From the NCBI GenBank assembly GCA_034439575.1, contig JAWXAQ010000012.1:143815-207814 (forward strand): 64,000 bases of DNA. Direction: 5' to 3'. Made by a program: the position numbers and the translations under genes. Positions within the stretch are counted from its first letter, which is position 1, and the number at the start of each line of letters is the position of its first letter. The notes under the pieces were generated by a model. The model was given only the letters and a program-made list of their open reading frames with translations. It was not told the origin of the DNA and made no database searches. This stretch comes from Leptospira sp. GTDB taxonomy: Bacteria > Spirochaetota > Leptospiria > Leptospirales > Leptospiraceae. Positions 27,794-41,025 of this stretch are shown here, in pieces.

Positions 27794-29191
27794 ATGACTA
27801 CAAGCACTTTGGAAATGAAAAATTTAGACGATCCATTCTATAAAGCAGAAGCTTTTCCGAAAGGCCTGACTAAAAAAGTAGTCGAGTCCATATCTCATAT
27901 TAAAAACGAACCTTCTTGGCTAACAGAGTTTAGGTTAGAAGCCTTTAAGGTTTACGAAGAAAAACCTATGCCCACTTGGGGATTTATTCCTCAGTTTCAT
28001 ATCAACATTGATGACTATGTGCATTATGTTGGGACTAATCAAAAAAAGAAAAAGAATTGGGATGAAGTGGATCCTGAAATCCTGAGAAGTTTTGAAAAAT
28101 TGGGCATTCCTGAACATGAACGTAAGTACCTTGCAGGTATCGAAACTATGAATGATTCAGAAACCATTTATGCGAATGTTAAAAAAGAACTTACTGATCT
28201 AGGTATTATATTCTGTGATATAGATTCTGCAATTAAAGATTATCCAGACATAGTTCGCCAATATTTGGGAACCGTAGTCACAATCGGTGATAATAAATTT
28301 TCAGCACTCAACTCATGCGTGTTTAGTGGTGGTTCCTTTGCCTATATTCCAAAAGGTGTAAAAACACCTATGCCACTTCAGGCTTACTTTAAAGTAACGG
28401 CTGCAAGCTCAGGACAATACGAAAGAACTCTGCTTATTGCCGATGAAGGTGCCCATTTGGAATACAGTGAAGGTTGCACTTCTGTCCAAGACAAAGGTAC
28501 AAATTTCCATACAGCTGTGGTTGAACTCATAGCAAAAAAGAATTCAAAAATATTTTATACAACCATACAAAATTGGAAAAAAAATATGTACAATTGGACC
28601 GTCAAACGTGGTGTATGTGCCGAGAGAGCTCACATCACTTGGACAGATTGTAACATTGGTGCCAATACGATTAAATACCCTGGTATCATTCTAGAAGGTG
28701 ATCATTCCACAGGAGATGTTTTGTCTCTTGCTTTCGCCGGCAATGGCCAAGTGCAAGATACTGGCGCTCGAATCATTCATGTAGGAAAAAACACTAGATC
28801 CAATGTACTGGCAAAAGGTGTCGCTCTTGATGGCGGAATCAATTCCTATCGTGGACTAGTAAAATTTGAACCATCTAGCAAAGGTTCATACAGTCACATC
28901 AAATGTGACGGGCTTATGATGGATAACAAATCTCAGTCTCATGCATATCCTTACAATGATGTTTCTGGCGAAGAAGGGACTTTAAATTACGAAGCGACAG
29001 TTTCTAAAATTGATGAAGACCAATTGTTCTATTTACAATCGCGCGGTTTAAGTGAAGACGATGCGAAATTACTCATTATTAATGGCTTCTGCGAAGGTGT
29101 CACCAAACATTTGGATGTCGAATATTCGGTGGAGATGACAAAACTAATTCGTATGATTTTGGAAGATGGGCACGTGATCGCGGAAAAATAA
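27794..29191 (+). CDS. sufB: Fe-S cluster assembly scaffold SufB (stand-alone copy)
   Basis: [71 protein letters not shown]. Confidence 0.93.
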   Translation: MTTSTLEMKNLDDPFYKAEAFPKGLTKKVVESISHIKNEPSWLTEFRLEAFKVYEEKPMPTWGFIPQFHINIDDYVHYVGTNQKKKKNWDEVDPEILRSFEKLGIPEHERKYLAGIETMNDSETIYANVKKELTDLGIIFCDIDSAIKDYPDIVRQYLGTVVTIGDNKFSALNSCVFSGGSFAYIPKGVKTPMPLQAYFKVTAASSGQYERTLLIADEGAHLEYSEGCTSVQDKGTNFHTAVVELIAKKNSKIFYTTIQNWKKNMYNWTVKRGVCAERAHITWTDCNIGANTIKYPGIILEGDHSTGDVLSLAFAGNGQVQDTGARIIHVGKNTRSNVLAKGVALDGGINSYRGLVKFEPSSKGSYSHIKCDGLMMDNKSQSHAYPYNDVSGEEGTLNYEATVSKIDEDQLFYLQSRGLSEDDAKLLIINGFCEGVTKHLDVEYSVEMTKLIRMILEDGHVIAEK

Positions 29192-29262
29192 AATCGTCTT
29201 TTTTTCATTGATTTTGACTCAAGTGGTGCGGAAGATGAAAAGAACCACTTGGGAAGTATTTC

Positions 29263-30504
29263 ATGAATCCATATGTATTTTTTTTATCTCTCACACTCTG
29301 TTTTTTCCTCATACAATGTGAGGAAATTGGCAGTAAAATGATAAAGGTTTTTGCTAAAAAGTATGAAACCGAAAATAAAGTTTTTACTTCAAAACCAATT
29401 TTTATCAATGCAGATGCGTCGAGAAATAAAATTAATATTTCTCTAAGCGAAGTGACTACCGCAAACGAACCGACTGACATTCAGTTCCCACCACATGATT
29501 CCCGTTATATGTTTGTATTAGAAAAAAAAGGAAATCTTTTTGTTTTCGATCGCACAGAAAAAGTCAAAAGAAATTTATTACAATTAAAAGTAGTTTCGGA
29601 AAGTGAACTTGGACTACTTGGGCTTGCCTTTCATCCAGATTATCCAAAAAATCCTTTAGTATATCTGAATTATACAAAAGATATCGAAGGAAAAGATACA
29701 ACCATCATCTCCGAATGGAAAGTTTCCGACACAAATGATTTAGCCAAAATGAAAGTAGGGCAAGAAAGAGTATTACTACAAGTGACTCAACCTTATCCAA
29801 ATCATAATGCAGGGCAATTAGCATTTGGTGCTGATAAATTACTATATATCGGATTTGGAGATGGGGGCCTTCGCGGTGATCCAAAAAATAATGCCCAAAA
29901 TCCAAAAACCTATTTAGGGAGTATGTTACGAATAAATCCATTGCCCGATTTAAAAAATAACAAACCTTATACGATTCCGAGCAATAATCCCTTTGTAGGT
30001 AAAGAAGGTTTTTTGCCGGAGACTTTTGCATATGGATTAAGAAATCCATGGCGTTATTCTTTTTCGCCTGACGGACGTCTTGTGCTCGCAGATGTAGGGC
30101 AAGATAAATATGAAGAAATTGATATCATAGAGTCTGGAAAAAATTATGGCTGGAAACAAACGGAAGGATTTCATTGTTACGAAGACAATTGTAAACTAGA
30201 AAATTTTGACCCGCCAATCTATGAATATGGTAGAGAAGAAGGACAATCGATCACTGGTGGTTATGTTTATTTTGGAAATGAAATTCCAGAATTAAAAGGA
30301 AAATATGTTTTTGGTGACTTTATCTCGGGATCTATTTGGGCGATAGATTTACCTTCAACAAATTCAAGTAAGGTGAAAGATGTATATTCGCTAGGAAAAT
30401 GGAACGTATTAATTCCTACATTTGGAAGAGATACCTTAGGTGATTTGTTTTTAGCCGACTATCAGTCTGGAAAAATTTTCAAATTTATCCCTCAGGCAAA
30501 ATAG
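29263..30504 (+). CDS. PQQ-dependent sugar dehydrogenase family (glucose/sorbosone dehydrogenase)
   Basis: ELGLLGLAFHP, NHNAGQLAFG, GDGG, AYGLRNPWRYSF, DVGQ, EEID, NYGW, SITGGYVY. Confidence 0.93.
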   Translation: MNPYVFFLSLTLCFFLIQCEEIGSKMIKVFAKKYETENKVFTSKPIFINADASRNKINISLSEVTTANEPTDIQFPPHDSRYMFVLEKKGNLFVFDRTEKVKRNLLQLKVVSESELGLLGLAFHPDYPKNPLVYLNYTKDIEGKDTTIISEWKVSDTNDLAKMKVGQERVLLQVTQPYPNHNAGQLAFGADKLLYIGFGDGGLRGDPKNNAQNPKTYLGSMLRINPLPDLKNNKPYTIPSNNPFVGKEGFLPETFAYGLRNPWRYSFSPDGRLVLADVGQDKYEEIDIIESGKNYGWKQTEGFHCYEDNCKLENFDPPIYEYGREEGQSITGGYVYFGNEIPELKGKYVFGDFISGSIWAIDLPSTNSSKVKDVYSLGKWNVLIPTFGRDTLGDLFLADYQSGKIFKFIPQAK

Positions 30505-30510
30505 ATTATC

Positions 30511-32508
30511 ATGATCAAAAGATTTTTTCATTCTCTACCTTTCTATATAAAATTTCATTTATTCCTTGCCGCTTTCGGTATGTTGTCTTTGACCATTTAT
30601 CGATTTGTTTTTTATCTGATGTATTCTTATCGAATACAAACTGCAGATATATTTACTGTTTCTAAAGCCTTTTTGTATGGAATACGATTTGATATATCAG
30701 TCATCAGCATTTTTATCGGAATGAGTCTTCTCTATTCCTGTATTCATTTTTTAAATGTCAAAAAAAGTTTTCGTGTTGTTTGGCGAATAGTTCCTGTCTT
30801 TCTATTGATCATTCTGATATTATTACTTGGGGCAGACTTAGTTTATTATGAGAATGGAAATAAACATTTAGGATATGAAGCGTTCGCGTATCTCGGATTC
30901 GAAATGTTACCCTTGGTCGGTTCTGCGTTTTCTCAAAATCCGATACTTTTTATCATCGGTGTTTTGGGTATTTCCTTACTCGTTTTTGGAATCTATAAAA
31001 TACAAGCGAAGTTTCCTTACATTCACACACCATTTAACTATAAAATTGCGATCATTCAGTTTTTAATCATTTTGGTTTTACTTGTGCTAGGAATTCGAGG
31101 CGGGATACAAACGAGCCCCCTTCGTACGAGTGATGCCATTATTTCTAAAGAAACCATTGTTAACGATTTGATTTTAAATCCGGGGTTTACGGCGATTACC
31201 GATTTAAAAATGACAGAAGTCGATAAACGTCATTTTATGCCTCTGGAAAACTCGGTAAAAATTGTTCGAAATGCCATCAAATATCCAGGAGCGGAATTTG
31301 TATCTGAAACGTATCCACTCCTTCGTCGCACAACAAATATTACTAACAATCCACTGCCAAATATCGTAGTGATTGTGTTAGAAGGTTGGACTGGAAAATT
31401 TATAGATTTAATCGGAAATCCAAATGTGAAAGGAAAAGAAGTCACACCTTACTTCAATAAACTCATTCACAAAGGCACATTTTTTACTAATTTTTTTGCC
31501 AGTGGTGGACGTACGACTAATGGTTTAATGGCATTAATCGGTGGGATTCCTGATAGGCCAGGGCTAACTGCCGTTAGGACACCGCAAATTTTAAATCGAT
31601 TTTCTGGAATGGGTTCCATAGCTAAAAAATTGGGATATGAAACTATTTTTGTGACTGGAACTGATCTCAGTTTTAATAATAAGGGCAGCATCATGTTCCA
31701 TTGGGGTTTTGATAAACTGATTGGCAAAGTCCAATTAGAAAAGAACCCATCATATAAAACAGGGCCTTGGAGTTTTTGGGATGAAGCATCACTTGATGAA
31801 TTAAATAACCAGTTAAAATCCAGAAGTGAAAGTAAATCACCCGTGATGGCAGTGATACACACTGGAACAACACATTACCCTTATGTAGTTCCTGATGACA
31901 AATATAGATTGTTTGATAAGACTACAGAAGATAGTGAATACTTAAATGTGTTGCACTATGCAGACTTTGCAGTCAATGAATATCTTGAGAAGGCCAAAAA
32001 AGAACCTTACTTTAATAATACGATATTTGTTTTTGTTTCTGATCATTCGCATCATAGATTTTTGAATTATTATGAAGATAGGAACGTACCACTTTTGTTA
32101 TATGCTCCTTCTAAAATTAAGCCTGAGATTAGAACAGATATCACTTCACAATTGGATATTCTTCCTACAGTTATAGGATTTATGGAAAGGGAAGTTTATT
32201 TTAGTGGGATGGGTCGGGACCTTCGCAAAGTGAAAGGGGATTCGGCATATTTTGCTTATGGAAATATATTCGGATGGATTCAGGGAGAAATGTTATACTT
32301 TCAATCTGTGGCTGGTGGAATCGGTGAGACAAAAACTCTAAAAGCTCCCTTTATCGATACTAATATCTGTAAGGTTGATTTTTCTCAATGTGAAAATCAC
32401 AGTGACCACACCAAAGCATTTTTAAATTTAAGTCAAGATTTGTTAAAGGCAAACAAGCTCTTTCCTTCTGAGAAAGAGCTGATTCAAATACAGAGTCAAA
32501 AAAAATAA
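30511..32508 (+). CDS. LTA synthase family / sulfatase-like phosphoglycerol transferase
   Basis: Five N-terminal TM helices, IRGG, PNIVVIVLE, TP, RTTNG (Thr nucleophile), THYPY, YAD, SDH. Confidence 0.9.
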   Translation: MIKRFFHSLPFYIKFHLFLAAFGMLSLTIYRFVFYLMYSYRIQTADIFTVSKAFLYGIRFDISVISIFIGMSLLYSCIHFLNVKKSFRVVWRIVPVFLLIILILLLGADLVYYENGNKHLGYEAFAYLGFEMLPLVGSAFSQNPILFIIGVLGISLLVFGIYKIQAKFPYIHTPFNYKIAIIQFLIILVLLVLGIRGGIQTSPLRTSDAIISKETIVNDLILNPGFTAITDLKMTEVDKRHFMPLENSVKIVRNAIKYPGAEFVSETYPLLRRTTNITNNPLPNIVVIVLEGWTGKFIDLIGNPNVKGKEVTPYFNKLIHKGTFFTNFFASGGRTTNGLMALIGGIPDRPGLTAVRTPQILNRFSGMGSIAKKLGYETIFVTGTDLSFNNKGSIMFHWGFDKLIGKVQLEKNPSYKTGPWSFWDEASLDELNNQLKSRSESKSPVMAVIHTGTTHYPYVVPDDKYRLFDKTTEDSEYLNVLHYADFAVNEYLEKAKKEPYFNNTIFVFVSDHSHHRFLNYYEDRNVPLLLYAPSKIKPEIRTDITSQLDILPTVIGFMEREVYFSGMGRDLRKVKGDSAYFAYGNIFGWIQGEMLYFQSVAGGIGETKTLKAPFIDTNICKVDFSQCENHSDHTKAFLNLSQDLLKANKLFPSEKELIQIQSQKK

Positions 32509-32510
32509 TA

Positions 32511-33815
32511 TCAATCGTGATCGAGTGATAGGTCAAAGAAAGTTTTTCTTTTTAAAACAATCCAAAAAAGGGAAATTACGGAAAGAAGTATTAATGGAAT
32601 TGTAAAGTATGTAATGAGCGGTATTTTAACAAAAAATAGAGCCGCGATAAACAATCCAGACAAAATTACGTTTCGCACAACCTCTGTTCGTCTAGACCAT
32701 CGTTTCATTTCCATAATCCGATTGATGGATAATAAACTAAAGATAAGTAAAAATGCTACTATGGTAAGTGTCCATGCTTCCGTTAAGTCTAGTTTTGCGA
32801 CTTTCCAAATGATAAGACCCACTGAAACCAAAACTAAAGACTGTAATACTACATAGACCATAACGCCCTTCGGGGGATTTGGGTTATATTTTTCCGTATA
32901 AGCTGGTTCCTTATACACGTCCGCTTGTGTTCGTAAATATTCTGGTTTCCAACCTGGTTCTTTAAATAAGATTTTTAAACGGTCAGAAAAACTACGTGCT
33001 GCTTTCAAATTTTTTAAAAGTTCTACATATACGTGAATATTAACTGTAATAGGATTAAATGTATTTACTGGTTTTGTTAAGCCGTAAAGTGGTTCTTCCG
33101 TTTCTTCCGCATAACTACCGAATATACGATCCCAAATGATAAAAATACCACCGTGGTTTTTGTCCAAGTATTTAATTTGTGTTCCGTGGTGGACTCTATG
33201 ATTGGAAGGCGTCACCATAAATTCTTCCAAAAATCCAAGTTTACCCACAAAACGTGTATGAACTAAAAATTGGTAAACCTTCAAAATTCTATGGCTAAGA
33301 AAAAACATCTCCCAAGGAATTCCGATCATGGCCATGGGCAAAAAGTAAGCATATTCAAAAATTCTCTGAAATGCATTTCCCCGAAAAGCCACAGATAAAT
33401 TCATCTCTTGCGTAGAATGATGGGTCACGTGACAGGCCCAAAGAAACGCAATCGTATGGGTATGTCTGTGAAACCAGTAATAGATAAAGTCAGCGAGTAC
33501 TATCGAAAAAGTCCATGACAACAAAGGCCCTATGTGAATTTCAAATGGAGAAAAACTAACAGGACTTACAAGAGGGAATAAATTGATACCGAGGAGTGTG
33601 AGAGAAAAATTTGTCTCTAAAAAATGGTAACAATACAGGGCACCGACAAGAATTCCGACACCAGCCACAGCAAATATAACTCCATTACTCACATCCGCCA
33701 AAAAGACATTCAGTCGGTAATAATCTTTGCCTTTAAGGTAAGAGAAAAAAGCTTCGATGCCGATAAGGGCAATCATTACCCCAAAGGCGTATTCCATGAA
33801 AATATCGCTGTTCAT
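32511..33815 (-). CDS. Sterol desaturase / fatty acid hydroxylase family, alkylglycerol monooxygenase-like with C-terminal membrane domain
   Basis: His boxes HRHTH, HVTHH, FLVHT, HRVHH; DKNHGGIFIIWDRIFGS; YGLTKP; PGWKP. Confidence 0.88.
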   Translation of the reverse strand: MNSDIFMEYAFGVMIALIGIEAFFSYLKGKDYYRLNVFLADVSNGVIFAVAGVGILVGALYCYHFLETNFSLTLLGINLFPLVSPVSFSPFEIHIGPLLSWTFSIVLADFIYYWFHRHTHTIAFLWACHVTHHSTQEMNLSVAFRGNAFQRIFEYAYFLPMAMIGIPWEMFFLSHRILKVYQFLVHTRFVGKLGFLEEFMVTPSNHRVHHGTQIKYLDKNHGGIFIIWDRIFGSYAEETEEPLYGLTKPVNTFNPITVNIHVYVELLKNLKAARSFSDRLKILFKEPGWKPEYLRTQADVYKEPAYTEKYNPNPPKGVMVYVVLQSLVLVSVGLIIWKVAKLDLTEAWTLTIVAFLLIFSLLSINRIMEMKRWSRRTEVVRNVILSGLFIAALFFVKIPLITYFTIPLILLSVISLFWIVLKRKTFFDLSLDHD

Positions 33816-34034
33816 ATAAAAAGACCTCTATCTTCCCTGCTTTATAGACAAAAGAAGCAGCCCAAATCCGAATCAAAATCGGAAAAAAGTGAACTATGTT
33901 CCAAGAATTTTCCGAGGATTGCCTCTGTCAATGTCCATTTAAAAGAGTATTCCCAAGCTTTATTCTTGCATTAATTCCATAAACTTTGATGATTCTAAGC
34001 TTTGCAGTAGGAGTGAACCAAAGAAGGTGGTCTT

Positions 34035-35099
34035 ATGAAAGAAGAACAACCAGTTTTAAAAGGCAAAACCTTAACTGAATTGACCGCTCTTTGCTCATCT
34101 CTTGGCATTCAATCCTATCGTGCCAAACAAATTTATTCTGGCATTTATAAATCCCGTTATACGTCAATAGACCAATTCACAACTCTCCCTAAAGAAATTA
34201 GAGAAGTTCTAAAACTAAAAACCATCCTACCGGAAATCAAATTGGGTAGAGAACTTATCTCCAAAGATGGCACTCGTAAGTTCACATTCGATGTGGAACC
34301 AGGCAAAGAGATTGAGACCGTTTGGATTCCTAGTGCTGACGGAGAAAGAAAAACGATCTGCATTTCCTCCCAAGTAGGTTGCACACTCAATTGTTCTTTT
34401 TGTGCTACGGGTCTTCTTGAATATAAAGGAAATCTCCACGCTTGGCAAATCTTAGATCAGATTTTACAAGTGGAACATATTGTCCAAGACCGAGCAACTA
34501 ACATTGTTTTTATGGGCATGGGTGAACCCATGCACAATTATTTTTCTGTGATGAAGGCCGCTCATATCCTCCATGATAAAGAAGGATTGGGTCTTGGTGC
34601 GAAACGTATTACTATTTCTACAGCGGGTGTTGTGACAGGCATAACTCGGTTTATCGAAAATAAAGAACCATTCAATTTTGCTATTTCTCTGAATCATCCA
34701 AACCCAAATGCGCGTTCGTCGGTCATGGATATCAATAAAAAACATCCATTAGAAAAATTATTAGAAGTTGCAAGACGTTTTACTAAGGATCTAGATCGAA
34801 TGATCACTTTTGAATATGTGATGATTCCTGATGTAAATATGGGAAAAGAAAATGCGGAAAGACTCGTTCGGATCGCAAAGTCAGTTAATAAATGTAAAAT
34901 AAATGTGATTCCACTAAACACTGATTTTACGGGATGGAGAAGGCCCACGGAAGAAGAAGTAGGGGAGTTTGTTTCCTATTTGCGTGCGAAAGCGGGAGTA
35001 CCCATCTTAAATAGACAGAGTCCAGGTCGAGATATAAACGGTGCATGTGGAATGTTAGCTTTGAAAGGTGTTAGAAATGAAGGAAGTAACAAGACTTAG
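34035..35099 (+). CDS. rlmN: 23S rRNA m2A2503 / tRNA methyltransferase RlmN (radical SAM)
   Basis: [41 protein letters not shown]. Confidence 0.96.
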   Translation: MKEEQPVLKGKTLTELTALCSSLGIQSYRAKQIYSGIYKSRYTSIDQFTTLPKEIREVLKLKTILPEIKLGRELISKDGTRKFTFDVEPGKEIETVWIPSADGERKTICISSQVGCTLNCSFCATGLLEYKGNLHAWQILDQILQVEHIVQDRATNIVFMGMGEPMHNYFSVMKAAHILHDKEGLGLGAKRITISTAGVVTGITRFIENKEPFNFAISLNHPNPNARSSVMDINKKHPLEKLLEVARRFTKDLDRMITFEYVMIPDVNMGKENAERLVRIAKSVNKCKINVIPLNTDFTGWRRPTEEEVGEFVSYLRAKAGVPILNRQSPGRDINGACGMLALKGVRNEGSNKT

Positions 35100-35364
35100 T
35101 TTTTTAATTTTGATAGCCATTGGGACTTTCCAATGCCAAGATATCGTTGAACAAAAATGTAATCTCGCCTGTGATCAATTTGTTTCTTGTACAGAAAAAA
35201 CTTTAAAGATAGATTTATCTGCAGAAGCAAAACGTTCCGGACATATCTCATGTATGGATGGCTGTACAACTCATAATAGCGATATTTTACAATGTTTTGA
35301 CCAAGAACCGACATCCTGCCAAGGATTTGGAAATTGTGTATTACAAATTGGGACACTCGAATGA
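35077..35364 (+). CDS. Small Cys-rich lipoprotein
   Basis: Lipobox TFQC; C-x3-C-x5-C ... C-x3-C ... C-x6-C-x5-C pattern typical of leptospiral Cys-rich proteins; overlaps both neighbours. Confidence 0.8.
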   Translation: MKEVTRLSFLILIAIGTFQCQDIVEQKCNLACDQFVSCTEKTLKIDLSAEAKRSGHISCMDGCTTHNSDILQCFDQEPTSCQGFGNCVLQIGTLE

Positions 35365-37067
35365 TCACATTGGCACCAACAGAAAAATTATTTTATAGAC
35401 TTCTTATCTTATTATCCACTCTCTCTCTGCTTTTTACTTTGCCTTTAGATGTCATTGACATTGACTCAAGCCAGTATGCAGAAATCGCCAGACAGATGTT
35501 TCACTCGGGTGATTTTTTTACACTCATTGATAATGGTAGAAGGTACTTAGATAAACCTATCTTTACGTTTTGGACGATTGCCACTTCCTTTAAACTTTTC
35601 GGAATGGGAAATATTGCCTTTCGTATCCCTGCTATATTACTTAGTTTTTTGTCTGCTTATTCCATATACCGCATTACTATACTTTTGTGGAAAAATGAAA
35701 GACAAGGTTATTTAGCCGCCATCATTTATCTGATCACTCCAGGATTTTATGCCATGGTCGTTGATCCAAAGATAGATGTGTATCTAGTATCTTATTTAGT
35801 TTTCACGCATCATTTTTATTATTTAGGAAAAAAAGAAAACCCTAACTATTATTATCTAATGTATTTGATGATGTCGATTGGTTTTGTCACAAAAGGGCCA
35901 ATCAGTGTAGTGATTCCCGCGATTTCTATCGGTGGAGATATTTTGTTTCGTAGAGATTGGAAACTCCTTCTCTCTATGAAACTTTTTCCAGGGATATTCG
36001 TTCTCGCTTCTCTTCCTTTTGTTTGGTGTATTCTTTTATACAAAGGGTTCAATTCGTACGGACCCACTTTCTTTTTATGGATTCAGTCCTTTGGCCGTTT
36101 CTATAAAGAAATGTACAATGTAAAATTTGATCCTTTTTATTTTTATAAAAACTTCCTTTGGGCCTTTTTTAGTGGTGTATTGCCAATGATCATCTATATA
36201 GGATTTAGATCTTATAAGTATGTAAAGAGTCTTGGATGGAAGGAAATCTTAAGAAAGATCAAAAGAAATGAATACTTTGCTTATGATTTTGTGATCCCAT
36301 TTTGGGTATTTTTGTTCCTATTTTTAATCTCTTTTTCAAGATACCCTCTCCCACAATACATCTATTGGATTCTACCCGCGGCGGCTTTGTATTTTGGAAA
36401 AATTGCTGAGGAAAGTTTATTCACATCCACAACAAAACGAATTCGGCCTTCCTTTATGGTAGCGGGTCTTGTTTATTTTGTTGGGTATTGTCTATTGCCA
36501 CTCTTTGTCGCAGATGTCGGCATTATCTATTATCTATTCTTTTTTGTAGGACTTGTTTTTGTATTTTTACTCGCCCAAGTCATACCACTTGAATTTCTTC
36601 TCACCGTTACGGGTGCGGCTTTATTTTATGGAGCCATTAGTTTAAATTATTATCCACTTTTGACAAGTTTTCAACCCGCACATGAAATGGGGGAAAAAAT
36701 AAAAGAATTGGAACCAAATGAACCAGTGCTTTATACCTATCGTTTGTCCAATTCGAAACGATCCTATGCATTTTATTCTGATAGAAACTTTCGCAATATC
36801 TATGATACCGAAAAATTAAAATCTCTTTGGGCCGATCACCCCAAAAGACTATTGGTGGTTCCAACAGAATACCTTGGTCAATTGAAGGATGCGGCGGGCA
36901 ATGGGTATGAAATCGAAGTAGTTATGGAGAAAGATTCATATAAGATTGCCACTCCAACGATCGCTTTTTTAAAAAAAGAGACAAGACCCTTAGTTACCAA
37001 GAAAATTTCCCTGATTTGGCTTAAAAAGGTTCAGGGAAAAAACGAAATCATACGAAGTAATAACTAG
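35361..37067 (+). CDS. ArnT / GT39-like membrane glycosyltransferase
   Basis: DSSQYAEIARQM, YLDKP, AFRIP, TKGP, YILP-like WILP; many TM helices; ATGA overlap. Confidence 0.9.
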   Translation: MITLAPTEKLFYRLLILLSTLSLLFTLPLDVIDIDSSQYAEIARQMFHSGDFFTLIDNGRRYLDKPIFTFWTIATSFKLFGMGNIAFRIPAILLSFLSAYSIYRITILLWKNERQGYLAAIIYLITPGFYAMVVDPKIDVYLVSYLVFTHHFYYLGKKENPNYYYLMYLMMSIGFVTKGPISVVIPAISIGGDILFRRDWKLLLSMKLFPGIFVLASLPFVWCILLYKGFNSYGPTFFLWIQSFGRFYKEMYNVKFDPFYFYKNFLWAFFSGVLPMIIYIGFRSYKYVKSLGWKEILRKIKRNEYFAYDFVIPFWVFLFLFLISFSRYPLPQYIYWILPAAALYFGKIAEESLFTSTTKRIRPSFMVAGLVYFVGYCLLPLFVADVGIIYYLFFFVGLVFVFLLAQVIPLEFLLTVTGAALFYGAISLNYYPLLTSFQPAHEMGEKIKELEPNEPVLYTYRLSNSKRSYAFYSDRNFRNIYDTEKLKSLWADHPKRLLVVPTEYLGQLKDAAGNGYEIEVVMEKDSYKIATPTIAFLKKETRPLVTKKISLIWLKKVQGKNEIIRSNN

Positions 37068-37093
37068 GCTAATTGTGTAAGTCTGGTTTTTAG

Positions 37094-37127
37094 GGCCCTT
37101 AGATGTCTCATCAGGGCCATTTTTTTT
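37094..37127 (+). terminator. Intrinsic terminator after the rlmN-ArnT operon
   Basis: GGCCCT(ta)GATG-tct-CATCAGGGCC followed by ATTTTTTTT. Confidence 0.75.
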
Positions 37128-37190
37128 AACCAATACATTAGTTTATTATAATTTACTTATTCTGTTTGAAATGGCTCCCTCAATTTTTAG

Positions 37191-37207
37191 TTGAGAATGA
37201 GTATCAA
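37191..37207. promoter_or_regulatory. Fur-box-like palindrome upstream of the ACIII operon
   Basis: TTGAGAATGAGTATCAA; matches 12 of 14 positions of TGATAAT-N-ATTATCA. Confidence 0.55.
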
Positions 37208-37347
37208 TTGAAATTCCTATCTACGAATTTATACTTATGTCACGTCTTATGTTTTTTCTTACGAGAAAACTCATACATACTTGCTTTTTTTGGGATTTTA
37301 TCCTTTCTTGTCAGAAGACAGTGAAAACGGGTTCAGGAATTTAACGA

Positions 37348-37863
37348 ATGAACATAAAAATACTTAAGATCTCTGTGCCTATCGTTGCAGTTGCAGCCTT
37401 AGCATATTTGATTTTTTCACCCAGCCGTTATGTGGGCTACTCACCAGATCAGCCCATCCCATTTAACCATAAGATTCATGCAGGCGACAATAAGATCGAT
37501 TGTAAGTATTGCCATACAACGGTGGAAACATCGGCACATGCTTCGATTCCGCCATCTTCAACTTGTATGAATTGTCATAGTAAGGTGGCAAACGTAGCTG
37601 GCAACCAAGAGCATGTTAAATGGTTACAACAACAGTTCGAAACTAAGACCCCTGTCCCTTGGGTAAAAGTTCACGATCAACCAGATTTTGTTTTCTTTAA
37701 TCATTCGCGTCACGTTCAAAGAGGCGTCGATTGTTCCCAGTGTCATGGAAACATGGCAGAGATGGTAAAAGTTAAACAGTCCAAGTCGTTAAACATGGGT
37801 TTCTGTGTGGATTGCCACCGGGAAAACAACGCCCCTAACGATTGTTCGACTTGTCACAGGTAA
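37348..37863 (+). CDS. actA: Alternative complex III pentaheme cytochrome c subunit
   Basis: N-terminal TM helix, GYSPDQPIPFNHKIH, five CxxCH (CKYCH, CMNCH, CSQCH, CVDCH, CSTCH). Confidence 0.93.
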   Translation: MNIKILKISVPIVAVAALAYLIFSPSRYVGYSPDQPIPFNHKIHAGDNKIDCKYCHTTVETSAHASIPPSSTCMNCHSKVANVAGNQEHVKWLQQQFETKTPVPWVKVHDQPDFVFFNHSRHVQRGVDCSQCHGNMAEMVKVKQSKSLNMGFCVDCHRENNAPNDCSTCHR

Positions 37864-37882
37864 TCAGAGGACTCTAAATTAT

Positions 37883-41008
<3,126 letters not shown>

Positions 41009-41025
41009 ATAGGGAGAAAGCTTAT

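Noticed and set aside
33984-33998. Per-box half-site GATGATTCTAA upstream of rlmN (also in the ahpC-sufB hairpin)
   Set aside because: Only one half matches; expected by chance in AT-rich DNA
37805-37882. N-terminal extension of ActB given by the ORF track
   Set aside because: Overlaps the last heme motifs of actA; GAGGA SD and the conserved HWQS leader support ATG 37883/37886
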